Source: Rhodospirillaceae bacterium
Lineage (GTDB): Bacteria > Pseudomonadota > Alphaproteobacteria > SHVZ01
Direction: 5' to 3'
DNA: 64,000 bases
Assembly (NCBI GenBank): GCA_016792585.1
Contig: JAEULB010000159.1
Location: 47,097-111,096 of the forward strand
The position numbers and the translations under genes were made by a program. Below the pieces are notes generated by a model. That model had not been told where the DNA came from and ran no database searches. It worked only from the letters and a program-made list of their open reading frames with translations. This document shows, piece by piece, positions 55,251-64,000 of this stretch; positions within the stretch are counted from its first letter, which is position 1; each line of letters begins with the position of its first letter.

Positions 55251-57335
55251 TCAGGATCCGAAGACGACGTTGACGTTGCCGAGCGCGTCGCGCGAGGCCG
55301 AGGCGCCGGGGGGAACGACGGTGGTGCCTTCGTACTCCTCGATGATCAGCGGTCCCTGCCTGGGGCTCGAGGTCAGCGCGGCGCGGCCGAGCACCGGCGT
55401 GTCGATGCGGCCGTGACGCGGGCCGAAGTAGGCAGGGCGCCTCAGCTCCTTTGCTTCACCGCGGCCGGATGAGACCTTCATGGTCTCGGCCGAGCCGCCG
55501 GCCGGCGCTGTCGCGGTCACCGAGAGAGCCACGATCTCGGTCGGCACCGTGCCGCGGAAATTATGGCCGTAGGTGGCCTGATGCTCGGCCTCGAAGCGCG
55601 CCGGCAGTGCTTTCAGCGTCTTGGCCGTCGCCGTGCCGTCGGGGATCGCGACCGGCAGCTCGAAGGCCTGGCTGGTGTAGCGCATCGAGGCGACGCGCAA
55701 GAGGGTCGCCGTCTTCGCCCAAGGCCCCAGCTTCGCCAGCACCTCGGCAGCAAGCTCATCAAGGATGCGCGAGACCTCGGCCGGATCGGCGGTGAGCGTC
55801 TGCTTGAGGTATCCCCGCGAGCGGCCGAAGGCCACGTCGGAAACCAGGAGCCCGATCGCCGAGAGCACGCCCGCCGCCGGCGGCACGATCACGCGCGCGA
55901 TGCCGAGCTCCTTCGCCAGATGCGGGCCGAAGACGCCGCCATTGCCGCCGAAGGCGACGAGGCCGAACTCGCGCGGGTCGCGGCCGCGATAGGTGGAGAC
56001 CGCCTTGAGTGCCCGCATCATCGTCGCCGATGCGACCTCGAACACGCTCCAGGCCGCGGCTTCCGCCGTGGTGCCGAGGCGGTGCGCGACCATCTCCTCG
56101 ATCACGGCTTTCGCCTTCGCGGCATCGATCGGCACTGTGCCGCCCGCCAGCGCCGTCGGGTTGACGAAGCCCAGGATCACATTGGCGTCCGTCACCGTCG
56201 CCTCGGCGCCGCCGAGGCCATAGCAGGCAGGCCCCGGCATGGCGCCGGCGCTTTCCGGACCGACCTTGAGGCCGCCACCGCGGTCGAATCTGACCAGGCT
56301 GCCGCCGCCGGCGCCGACCTCCGATATGTCGATCACCGGCAGCTTCAGCGCATATCCGCCGCCTTTCACCAGGCGGCTCGAGAGCGAGATGCCACCGCCG
56401 ACCTCGTACTCGTCAGTATGCGCGATCTTGCCGCCTTCGATCAGCGAGGCTTTCGCCGTGGTGCCGCCCATGTCGAGCGTCAGCACATCCTTCATGCCGG
56501 CGGCGGACGCGACCTGCGCCGCGCCGATCACGCCGGCGGCCGGACCGCATTCGACGATGCGCGCCGGCTGGTCCATCACCGTCGGCGCGTCGAGGATGCC
56601 GCCGGACGACTGCATCACCAGCAGCCTGCCGGCAACGCCGTCACCCGCGAGACGCCTGGCCAGCGCGCCGATATAGGTCTTCACCGGCGGGCCGACATAG
56701 GCGTTCACCACCGAGGTGCTGGTCCGCTCGTACTCGCGGATCTCCGGCAGGATGTCGACCGAGAGCGTGACGAAGGCGTCCGGGAACGCCTGTCTCAGCT
56801 TCTCGCCGACGCGACGCTCGTGATCCGGGTTCGCATAGGAGTGGAGGAAGCAGACGGCGATCGCCTCGACGCCGGCCTTCCGGATCTCGGCGACGGCGCG
56901 ATCGAGATCCTTCTCGTCCAGCGGCGTCAGAACGCTGCCGTCCGGGTTCAGGCGCTCGGTCACCTCGAAACGCAGGTTGCGCGGCACCAGCGGCTGCGGC
57001 TTGACCCAGAGCGGATCGTAGAGCTTCGGCACGCGAACGCGGCGAAGCTCGAGCACGTCGCGGAACCCCTTCGTGGTGATCAGCGCGGTCTTCGCCCCCT
57101 TCCCTTCCAGGATCGCGTTGGTAGCGACCGTGCAGGCATGCAAGACCTCGGAGACGTCGGCGCCTTTCACTCCGCACGCCCTCAGGAGATCGCGGACGCC
57201 GTCGACCACCGCCGCGGCGTAGTCGGCGGGCGTCGACAGCACTTTGTGGGTGGCGATGGTGCCGTCGGGAAGCGTCGCGGCGATGTCGGTGAAGGTGCCG
57301 CCGATGTCGGCGGCGATGCGAATGGCGGAACTCAT
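55251..57335 (-). CDS. hyuA: hydantoinase A / oxoprolinase family protein
   Basis: 694 aa from MSSAIRIAADIGGTFTDIA. The 794-aa track ORF is an upstream extension. 2-nt gap to hyuB. Confidence 0.85.
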   Translation of the reverse strand: MSSAIRIAADIGGTFTDIAATLPDGTIATHKVLSTPADYAAAVVDGVRDLLRACGVKGADVSEVLHACTVATNAILEGKGAKTALITTKGFRDVLELRRVRVPKLYDPLWVKPQPLVPRNLRFEVTERLNPDGSVLTPLDEKDLDRAVAEIRKAGVEAIAVCFLHSYANPDHERRVGEKLRQAFPDAFVTLSVDILPEIREYERTSTSVVNAYVGPPVKTYIGALARRLAGDGVAGRLLVMQSSGGILDAPTVMDQPARIVECGPAAGVIGAAQVASAAGMKDVLTLDMGGTTAKASLIEGGKIAHTDEYEVGGGISLSSRLVKGGGYALKLPVIDISEVGAGGGSLVRFDRGGGLKVGPESAGAMPGPACYGLGGAEATVTDANVILGFVNPTALAGGTVPIDAAKAKAVIEEMVAHRLGTTAEAAAWSVFEVASATMMRALKAVSTYRGRDPREFGLVAFGGNGGVFGPHLAKELGIARVIVPPAAGVLSAIGLLVSDVAFGRSRGYLKQTLTADPAEVSRILDELAAEVLAKLGPWAKTATLLRVASMRYTSQAFELPVAIPDGTATAKTLKALPARFEAEHQATYGHNFRGTVPTEIVALSVTATAPAGGSAETMKVSSGRGEAKELRRPAYFGPRHGRIDTPVLGRAALTSSPRQGPLIIEEYEGTTVVPPGASASRDALGNVNVVFGS

Positions 57336-57486
57336 GGGGGCCGAGCCTAGGGCGAAGGAATTGAGGGGTCGAGTAGCGCTTCCCGATTTAACCCGATAAG
57401 CGTCGCTGATAGGCCCGATCAGCGCCGTTTCACCTTTGCAATCCGCGGCTTGGAAGCACCCGCGGAGACGCCTAGCCTCGGGCCTC

Positions 57487-59511
57487 ATGAAGCCCGTCCG
57501 CACCAAGTATCCCCGCCGCGTCCGCACCATCGAGAACGTCTTCATCCCGATGCCGGACGGCCGCAAGCTCGCCGCCCGCATGTGGATTCCGGAGGACGCC
57601 GAGACCGACAAGGTGCCGGCGCTCATGGAATACATGCCCTACCGCAAGCGCGACCAGAGCCGCGCCCGCGACGAGGCGATCCATCACTATCTCGCCGGCC
57701 ATGGCTATGCGTCGTTCCGAGTCGACACGCGCGGCTCAGGCGACTCCGACGGTCTGCTCCGCGGAGAATGGGAGCAGGGCGAGATCGATGACGGGCTCGC
57801 GATCATCGACTGGTTCGTCAAACAGCCCTGGTGCTCGGGCGCCGTCGGCATGATCGGCAAGTCGTGGAGCGGCTTCTCGGCGCTGGCGCTCGCCGGCACC
57901 GCTCATCCGGCCCTCAAGGCGATCATCCCGGTCTGCGCCGGCGACGACCGCTATCACCAGTCGCTGCACTGGACAGGCGGCACCTTCCTGGCCGAGCAGC
58001 TGTGGTGGACCGACACCATGGTGATCTTCAACGCGCGCCCGCCCGATCCGGAGATCGTGGGCGATCGGTGGCGCGAGATGTGGAAGGCGCGGCTCGACGA
58101 CAATCATCCCTGGATGATCGACTGGCTGAAGCATCAGCGCCGCGACGCTTTCTGGAAGCACGCCTCGCTCTCTGAGAAGGACAAGGTGACGGCCGCGGTC
58201 TTCGCCGTCGGCGGCTGGGCCGACTACATATCGCGCGCGGTGCCCAGGATGATGTCGAACCTGAAAGGCCCGCGCTTCGCGCTGCTGGGCCCCTGGGGCC
58301 ATCACTATCCGCATGACGGCGTGCCGCCGCCGACGACCGGCTTCCTGCAGGACTGCATCCGCTTCTTCGACCGCTACTGCAAGAACCTCGACAACGGCTG
58401 GGACAAGGAGCCGACGTACCGCGCCTTTCTCTCCTCCTTCCAGAAGCCGTCGACGAAGTATGCAGAGAAGCCCGGCCGCTGGGTGGCGCTCGACGCGTGG
58501 CCGTCCGACATGGTCCAGCGGCTCGCCTTCCATCTCAACTCCGGCCGCCTCGACAAGCGCGGCAGGCCAGAGCAGGCGCTGCAGCATTCTTCGCCGCTCG
58601 CGACCGGCTTCGCCGCGACCGAGTGGCTCAGCATGGATATCGAGGGCGAGCAGCCGCGCGACCAAAGAGAGGACGACGGCCGCTCCCTTACCTTCGACTC
58701 CGATCCGCTGACGAAGACTATCGACATCCTCGGCCGTGCCTCGCTCGAGATCGACGTCGCCGTCGACCGGCCGGTGGCCCAGCTCTGCGCGCGCCTCTGC
58801 GACGTGGCGCCGGACGGCACCTCGGTCCGCGTCGCGTTCCAGGTCCTCAACCTGACCCATCGAGACAACCACGAACAGCCGACGGCGCTGACGCCTGGCA
58901 AGCGCATGCGCGTCCGCCTCGACCTTCCGGATGTGGGCTACAGCTTCACCAAAGGGCACCGGGTGCGCCTGGCGCTCTCCACCTCCTACTGGCCGATCGT
59001 CTGGCCGGCGCCGGAGTCGGTGACGATGACGGTCTTCACCGGCGCCAGTACCTTCTCGCTGCCGGTGCTGAAGGGCACGACGAAGAAGCCGAAGTTCGGC
59101 ACGAACGAGCGCGGGCCCGAGATCGCGGTCGAGGTGATCGAGCCGAAGAAGATCGAGCGGCGCATTGTCCAGGACGGCATGACTGGCGAGATCGCGGTCG
59201 AGACCATCGGCACCGGCGGCTTCCTCGGCCCCGGCCGCAAATGGAAGATCACGCCGATCGGCACCGTGATCGGCCACACGCTCTACAAGCGCTTCGGCAT
59301 CGTCGAGGGCGATCCGACCTCGGCCAAGGGCGAGTACCGCCAGACCTACGAGCTGGAACGCGGTGACTGGAAGATCCGCATCCAGACGCATCTGACTTTC
59401 CACGCCACCAAGACCGACTGGGTGCTGAAGCAGGAGGGCGTCGCCTATGAAGGCGACACCGAAGTCTTCCGCAAGACCTGGTCCCACACCCAGCCGCGAG
59501 ACCTGATGTGA
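57487..59511 (+). CDS. CocE/NonD family hydrolase (S15 X-Pro dipeptidyl-peptidase fold), copy 1
   Basis: 674 aa from MKPVRTKYPRRV. Contains EYMPYRKRD, RVDTRGSGDSDG and the nucleophile elbow GKSWSG. Confidence 0.8.
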   Translation: MKPVRTKYPRRVRTIENVFIPMPDGRKLAARMWIPEDAETDKVPALMEYMPYRKRDQSRARDEAIHHYLAGHGYASFRVDTRGSGDSDGLLRGEWEQGEIDDGLAIIDWFVKQPWCSGAVGMIGKSWSGFSALALAGTAHPALKAIIPVCAGDDRYHQSLHWTGGTFLAEQLWWTDTMVIFNARPPDPEIVGDRWREMWKARLDDNHPWMIDWLKHQRRDAFWKHASLSEKDKVTAAVFAVGGWADYISRAVPRMMSNLKGPRFALLGPWGHHYPHDGVPPPTTGFLQDCIRFFDRYCKNLDNGWDKEPTYRAFLSSFQKPSTKYAEKPGRWVALDAWPSDMVQRLAFHLNSGRLDKRGRPEQALQHSSPLATGFAATEWLSMDIEGEQPRDQREDDGRSLTFDSDPLTKTIDILGRASLEIDVAVDRPVAQLCARLCDVAPDGTSVRVAFQVLNLTHRDNHEQPTALTPGKRMRVRLDLPDVGYSFTKGHRVRLALSTSYWPIVWPAPESVTMTVFTGASTFSLPVLKGTTKKPKFGTNERGPEIAVEVIEPKKIERRIVQDGMTGEIAVETIGTGGFLGPGRKWKITPIGTVIGHTLYKRFGIVEGDPTSAKGEYRQTYELERGDWKIRIQTHLTFHATKTDWVLKQEGVAYEGDTEVFRKTWSHTQPRDLM

Positions 59512-61424
59512 CCGAAAAGCTCTACAGCCGCGCTCCCTCCTTCGGCGTCGTCGTCTCCGAGGACGTGATGGTGAAGATGGCCGACGGGATCCATCTCGCC
59601 ACCGACATCTACCGCCCGGCCCTTCCCGACGGCTCGCCCGCGCCCGGCAAGTTCCCGGTGATCTTCACCCGCACTTCCTACGACAAGTCGAACCCGGTGA
59701 TGCAGATCGGGCCGGTGGCGAAGTTCTTCACGCCCAGAGGCTACGTGACCGTGGTGCAGGACCTGCGCGGCCGCGGCCTCTCGGAAGGCCATGGCCAGTA
59801 CTTCCACGTGGCCAATGTCCGCGAGGGGCTCGACGGCGTCGATTCACTTGCGTGGATCGCGAGCCAACCCTGGTGCGACGGGCGCGTCGGCATGGTCGGC
59901 AGCTCGCATTCCGGCATCGTTCAGAACGTCGCCGCCTTCCATAAGCCGCCGTCGCTGAAGGCGCTGTGGGTCGACGTCTGCCCGACCTCGGCCTTCGATT
60001 GGGAGGCGCGCCAGGGCGGCGCCCAGGCGCTGCAGATGTTCGCCGCCCTCTTCCTGCACGGCTGGGACGTGCCGGAGATCCAGAACGATCCCGCCGCCAA
60101 GCGGCGGATCGAGTCGGCGGTCGAGAACATGCGCTCGCTGCTGCCGACCGGCCCCTGGAAGAAGGGACAGAACCCGCTCTCGGTCGTGCCCAACCTCGAG
60201 CAGGTCCTGATGCGCTACCAGAACAACGGCATCAAGGACGACTGGTGGAACATGGAGGTGCTGGAGCACAAGGCGCACTTCGACCGTTTCGCTGATATCC
60301 CCTGCGTCGTCTCCTCGGGCTGGTTCGATCCCTTCGTCGCCGATGTCGCCGGCCAATACCAGGCGCTGTCGAAGCGCCTGAAGTCTCCGCAGCGCATGAT
60401 CGTCGGCCCCTGGGGCCATGCCGGCATGCGCGCCGGCGGCAGCGCCTCGATCGAGGTCGATTTCGGCCCGGGCGCCGACTGGGGCTATCGCGTCTACAAC
60501 GCCGAGCGGCTTCGCTGGTTCGACAAGTGGCTGAAGGACATCGACACCGGCGTCGAGAGGGACGTGCCGGTGCGCTACTTCGAGATGGGGGGCGGCACCG
60601 GCACCCGCACCAGGCGCAGGCACCTCGACCATGGCGGCGTCTGGCGCGCCGCCGGCCAGTGGCCGCCGACGGGCTCGACACCGACGACGTTCTATCTCGC
60701 CGCCGACGGCGTGCTCGCGACGGCGCCGGCCGATGCGGCGCCGATCTCTTGGACGCATGACCCCGACCATCCGGTCGCCACCATCGGCGGCGCGGTTGCC
60801 GGCTTCCTCGAATGGGTGAAGCCGGGCGAGGGCATGGACCTCTCCTATGTCAGCCCCCGCGCGCGCATGCGCTCGCTCGTCCCCGACGGGCCGATGCACC
60901 AGAAGGAGCGCCCCGATCAGGTCGGCTCGCGTCCACCCTACCCGCTGCTGGCCGAACGGCCCGATGTGCTCGTGTTCGAGACCGCGCCGCTGAAGGAAGA
61001 CGTGGTGATCGCCGGCCCGATCGAGGCCAAGGTCTGGGTCGCCTCCTCCGCACTCGACACCGACGTGACCGTGAAGCTGCTCGACATCTCGCCGCCGACG
61101 GCGGAAGACCCCGCCGGCTTCCACATGCTGCTCTGCGACTCGATCCGGAGGCTCCGCTTCCGCAACGGCTACGACAAGGAGGAGCTGCTGGCGCCCGGCG
61201 AGATCGTCGAGGTGACCGTCGAGCTTCCGCCCTTGTCGAACCGCTTCAAGGCCGGCCACCGGATCCGCGTCGACATCGCGTCGTCGAACTTCCCGCGCTT
61301 CGACATCAACCCGGGCACAGGCGAGCCGCTCGGCCGCCATACCCACAAGGTCAAGGCGCGGAACACGCTCCATCTCGACAAGAAGCATCCGTCGCACATC
61401 GTGCTGCCGGTGATGAAAGGCTGA
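59508..61424 (+). CDS. CocE/NonD family hydrolase, copy 2
   Basis: 638 aa. GTG start overlaps the previous stop (GTGA). Contains VQDLRGRGLSEG and the elbow GSSHSG. Confidence 0.8.
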   Translation: MTEKLYSRAPSFGVVVSEDVMVKMADGIHLATDIYRPALPDGSPAPGKFPVIFTRTSYDKSNPVMQIGPVAKFFTPRGYVTVVQDLRGRGLSEGHGQYFHVANVREGLDGVDSLAWIASQPWCDGRVGMVGSSHSGIVQNVAAFHKPPSLKALWVDVCPTSAFDWEARQGGAQALQMFAALFLHGWDVPEIQNDPAAKRRIESAVENMRSLLPTGPWKKGQNPLSVVPNLEQVLMRYQNNGIKDDWWNMEVLEHKAHFDRFADIPCVVSSGWFDPFVADVAGQYQALSKRLKSPQRMIVGPWGHAGMRAGGSASIEVDFGPGADWGYRVYNAERLRWFDKWLKDIDTGVERDVPVRYFEMGGGTGTRTRRRHLDHGGVWRAAGQWPPTGSTPTTFYLAADGVLATAPADAAPISWTHDPDHPVATIGGAVAGFLEWVKPGEGMDLSYVSPRARMRSLVPDGPMHQKERPDQVGSRPPYPLLAERPDVLVFETAPLKEDVVIAGPIEAKVWVASSALDTDVTVKLLDISPPTAEDPAGFHMLLCDSIRRLRFRNGYDKEELLAPGEIVEVTVELPPLSNRFKAGHRIRVDIASSNFPRFDINPGTGEPLGRHTHKVKARNTLHLDKKHPSHIVLPVMKG

Positions 61425-61429
61425 AGCCC

Positions 61430-62911
61430 ATGCGTATCGCGACCATCCACGTCGGCCAGGAAACCAACGACTTCAACCCGCTGCCGACGACGATCGACGA
61501 CTTCAAGGCCTTCGGCATTCTCGAAGGCCAGGAGATCATCGAGAAGATGGCCGGCAAGGGCCAGGTCGGCGGCTGCGTCGACGCGATGGCGGCTTCGGGC
61601 ATGAACGTCGAGTGGGTTCCGATCATCTCCGGCTGGGCGATGGCCGGCGGGCGCATCGACACCGGCGCACGTCTGTTCTTCGAGGAGCGGATCGGCACGG
61701 GCCTCCGCAAGGCGGGCAAGATCGACGCGCTGGCTCTCCACCTGCACGGGGCCGCCGCGGCCGAGGGCGTCGACGATGTCGAAGGCGCGCAGCTCGCGAT
61801 CTGCCGTGCCGTCCTCGGGCCGGACGTGCCGATCGTGCTCTCGCTTGACCATCACGCCAACGTCACGCGCCAGATGGTCGAGCTGTCGGACGCGATCGTC
61901 GCCCACCGCACCCAGCCGCACGACACCTACGACACCGGCCGGCTCGCCGGCGACATGCTGGTGCGCATCCTCAGGAAGGAGATCAAGCCGGTGATGGCCT
62001 GGCGGAAGATCCGCCTCGTCACGCATCAGGAACAGTTCCTCACGTCCCAGGGCCCGATGAAGAAGTGGTTCGACCAGGCCCGCGAGTGGGAGAAGAAGGA
62101 CAAGCGCGTGCTGCACGTGGCGCTCTGCCCGATGCAGCCCTGGCTCGACGTCACCGAGGGTGGCTGGACCACGATCGTCAACGTCGACGGCGACCGGGAT
62201 CTCGCCGAGAAGCTCGCCGACGAGTCCGCCGACTTCGCCTGGTCGATGCGGAAGGACTTCATGGTCAAGGAAGCGGTCGCGGTCGACGAGGCGGTGCGCC
62301 GTGCCCACCAGGCGGCCAAGGGCGTTGTCGTGCTCAGCGACACCGGCGACACGGTGTTCGGTGGCACCGCCGGCGACTCGAACCTGATCCTGGAGTCGAT
62401 CCTCCGCCTCGGCATCAAGAGCAAGGCGCTGATGCCGCTGATCGAGCCGCAGACGGTGGCGAAGCTGGTCGCCGCCGGCGAGGGCGCCGAGGTGACGCTT
62501 CCGGTCGGCGGTCACAGCTCGCCGAAGTTCTTCAAGCCGCTCCTCGTCACCGGCCGGGTGAGGAAGATCGCCTCGGGCGTGGTCAAGGTCCCGGTCTTCC
62601 AGCAGCCCGAGCACGACATGGGCCGCACCGTGTTCTTCGAGGTCGGGCCTGCGACGCTGATGGTCAGCGAGAAGCCCGGCGCCGCCGGCAACGTGCCCGA
62701 GGTCTATCGCTGGTTCGGCTACGAGCCATCGGACTTCAAGATGGCGGTCCTGAAGACTGCGTCGAACTTCCAGTTCTTCAAGCCGATCACCTCCGAGGTG
62801 ATTCGCGTCGACACCCGCGGCCCCGGCCAGTCCGACGTGGTCGGCCTGCCGTGGCAACGGGTGCCGCGGCCGATGTATCCGATGGAGGATCCGAAGAGCT
62901 GGCGCGGATAG
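61430..62911 (+). CDS. M81 family metallopeptidase (MlrC-like)
   Basis: 493 aa from MRIATIHVGQETNDFNP with LHLHGAAAAEGVDDVEG and SLDHHANV. This is the MlrC N- plus C-domain pattern. The track ORF 60812-62911 is an upstream extension. Confidence 0.75.
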   Translation: MRIATIHVGQETNDFNPLPTTIDDFKAFGILEGQEIIEKMAGKGQVGGCVDAMAASGMNVEWVPIISGWAMAGGRIDTGARLFFEERIGTGLRKAGKIDALALHLHGAAAAEGVDDVEGAQLAICRAVLGPDVPIVLSLDHHANVTRQMVELSDAIVAHRTQPHDTYDTGRLAGDMLVRILRKEIKPVMAWRKIRLVTHQEQFLTSQGPMKKWFDQAREWEKKDKRVLHVALCPMQPWLDVTEGGWTTIVNVDGDRDLAEKLADESADFAWSMRKDFMVKEAVAVDEAVRRAHQAAKGVVVLSDTGDTVFGGTAGDSNLILESILRLGIKSKALMPLIEPQTVAKLVAAGEGAEVTLPVGGHSSPKFFKPLLVTGRVRKIASGVVKVPVFQQPEHDMGRTVFFEVGPATLMVSEKPGAAGNVPEVYRWFGYEPSDFKMAVLKTASNFQFFKPITSEVIRVDTRGPGQSDVVGLPWQRVPRPMYPMEDPKSWRG

Positions 62912-62935
62912 CCCCTGCCTGGGCGATGATGGGGG

Positions 62936-64000
62936 ATGGCGCATCCCTATCGCCGCCTGCTCCAGGACCGTGACGTAAGCACGCTCTGGGCCGGCGTCAC
63001 GATCTCCTCGATCGGCTCGGAGCTCTATGCCTTCGGCGCGATCTGGCTCGCGGTCTCGATCGCCGGCGCGGAGGGCTCCCTGCTGGCGACCGCGCGCTTT
63101 GCCACGATCCTGGTGATGAGCGTCGCCGCCGGGGCCTTCGTCGACCTGTTGCCGCGGCGTGTCCTGCTGATCGGCGCGGATCTGATCAGGGCCGCCTTCT
63201 CCTTTCTCGTGGTAATCGTCGCGCTCGCCGACGGCCTTTCGCTCTGGCTCCTGATCGCCGTCGCCATGGTGCTCTCCGCCTGCGGCACGATCTATCAGCC
63301 GACGCTGCAGTCCGGCATTCCCCAGATCGCCCCCGACCAGGACCGGCTCCGCGAGACCAACGGGCTGATCGACGCGACGATGCGCATCGCCCAGGCCATC
63401 GGACCGTTCATCGCCGCCGCCATCGTCGCGGTTCTGCCGGTCATCCATCTGCTGACGCTGAACGCCGCGAGCTACCTCGCCTCGGCCGGTGCGATCTTCC
63501 GCATGGGCCACCGGCTCGACGGCCCCATGCGCGAGACCCGGCAGACCTTCCGCAAGCGCCTGCTCCGCGGGCTCGATGCGACAAAAGGCTGCCCCGGCGC
63601 CTGGCGCATCCTGCTGACGACCTGCCTTCGCGCAGCGGTCGCCGTGCTGTGCCTCGTCGTCGGCATCCCGCTCTTCTTCGCCCAAAGCCCTGCCGGCAGC
63701 GTGAGCGCAGCCGCCTTCGTGATCGGCGCGGCGGCAATGTGGGAAGTTCTGGCGAACTTCGTCATCGTCGCCCGTCCCGTCCGCTCGACTTGGCGTTCCA
63801 TATTCCTCGGCTATGCCTCGATCGGCGCCGGCGTGGCGCTGATCGGCGTGGCCGAACTCTTCCTGTCGGGCCTGATGCAGGTGACGACGATGGCGGCATC
63901 CGGCCTCCTGATCGGCTTCGGCAACTCGATGGCCGGAATCCAGATGCTGACCTGGTTCGGCAGCCGCCTGGACTCCGGCGACTTCGCCGCGATCCTCCGT
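62936..64000 (+). CDS. MFS transporter (MFS_3 / EntS-like), 3' end outside window
   Basis: Not in the ORF track because it is open-ended. My translation starts MAHPYRRLLQDRDVSTLWAGVTISSIGSELYAFGAIWLAVSIAG and runs open to 64000, with multiple TM helices. Confidence 0.65.
   Translation, partial: MAHPYRRLLQDRDVSTLWAGVTISSIGSELYAFGAIWLAVSIAGAEGSLLATARFATILVMSVAAGAFVDLLPRRVLLIGADLIRAAFSFLVVIVALADGLSLWLLIAVAMVLSACGTIYQPTLQSGIPQIAPDQDRLRETNGLIDATMRIAQAIGPFIAAAIVAVLPVIHLLTLNAASYLASAGAIFRMGHRLDGPMRETRQTFRKRLLRGLDATKGCPGAWRILLTTCLRAAVAVLCLVVGIPLFFAQSPAGSVSAAAFVIGAAAMWEVLANFVIVARPVRSTWRSIFLGYASIGAGVALIGVAELFLSGLMQVTTMAASGLLIGFGNSMAGIQMLTWFGSRLDSGDFAAILR

Noticed and set aside
53473-63685. Long antisense ORFs 53473-55416, 55563-57350, 57736-59487, 59844-61397 and 61169-63685 (838 aa)
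   Set aside because: Each mirrors a well-supported gene (hyuB, hyuA, CocE/NonD x2, MlrC/MFS). They have low-complexity Arg/Gly/Asp/His-rich translations and no start-site signals.
1-64000. Search for defence systems, toxin-antitoxin pairs, CRISPR arrays, tRNA/rRNA genes, integrases, transposases and prophage genes
   Set aside because: I recognised none in any frame. Every sizeable gap between genes is accounted for by promoters, hairpins or REP-like elements. I therefore do not claim a novel defence or mobile system here.

Overview
GC-rich chromosomal window. Gene content and repeat type look alphaproteobacterial, Rhizobiales-like (inference). It is almost fully coding: I support about 58 CDS, mostly in short operons with overlapping stop/start codons. 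By eye I found no rRNA, tRNA, CRISPR array, transposase, integrase, phage genes or recognisable defence system. The dominant theme is uptake and hydrolysis of peptides, amides and gamma-glutamyl compounds. There are three signal-peptide-less gamma-glutamyltransferase (GGT) paralogs, two tandem amidases, a proline iminopeptidase and two tandem CocE/NonD (S15) hydrolases. There is also an MlrC-like M81 peptidase, an M20 peptidase, hydantoinase/oxoprolinase A+B with an Asp/Glu racemase, one complete Dpp-type ABC transporter and four further family-5 binding proteins that lack their own permeases. Interspersed are a pcaHGBC protocatechuate cluster, a Liv-type ABC transporter divergent from tetR plus an acyl-CoA ligase, and an orphan histidine kinase. 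Also present are enolase-superfamily, 2-hydroxyacid dehydrogenase and SDR genes and a few envelope proteins. I do not see a clear novel system. The most unusual direct observation is a sharply AT-rich, in-frame patch of about 60-80 nt inside the second GGT gene. Other leads are the hyuA-hyuB-DUF2237-racemase operon, which is divergent from a CocE/NonD x2-MlrC-MFS operon. Further leads are a 64-nt identical tract between the tandem amidases, an unlisted 51-aa membrane ORF, a roughly 150-bp nested-palindrome MITE/REP-like element, and three convergent gene pairs whose stop codons share one CTAG. All family calls come from motif recognition in the translations, not from database searches.
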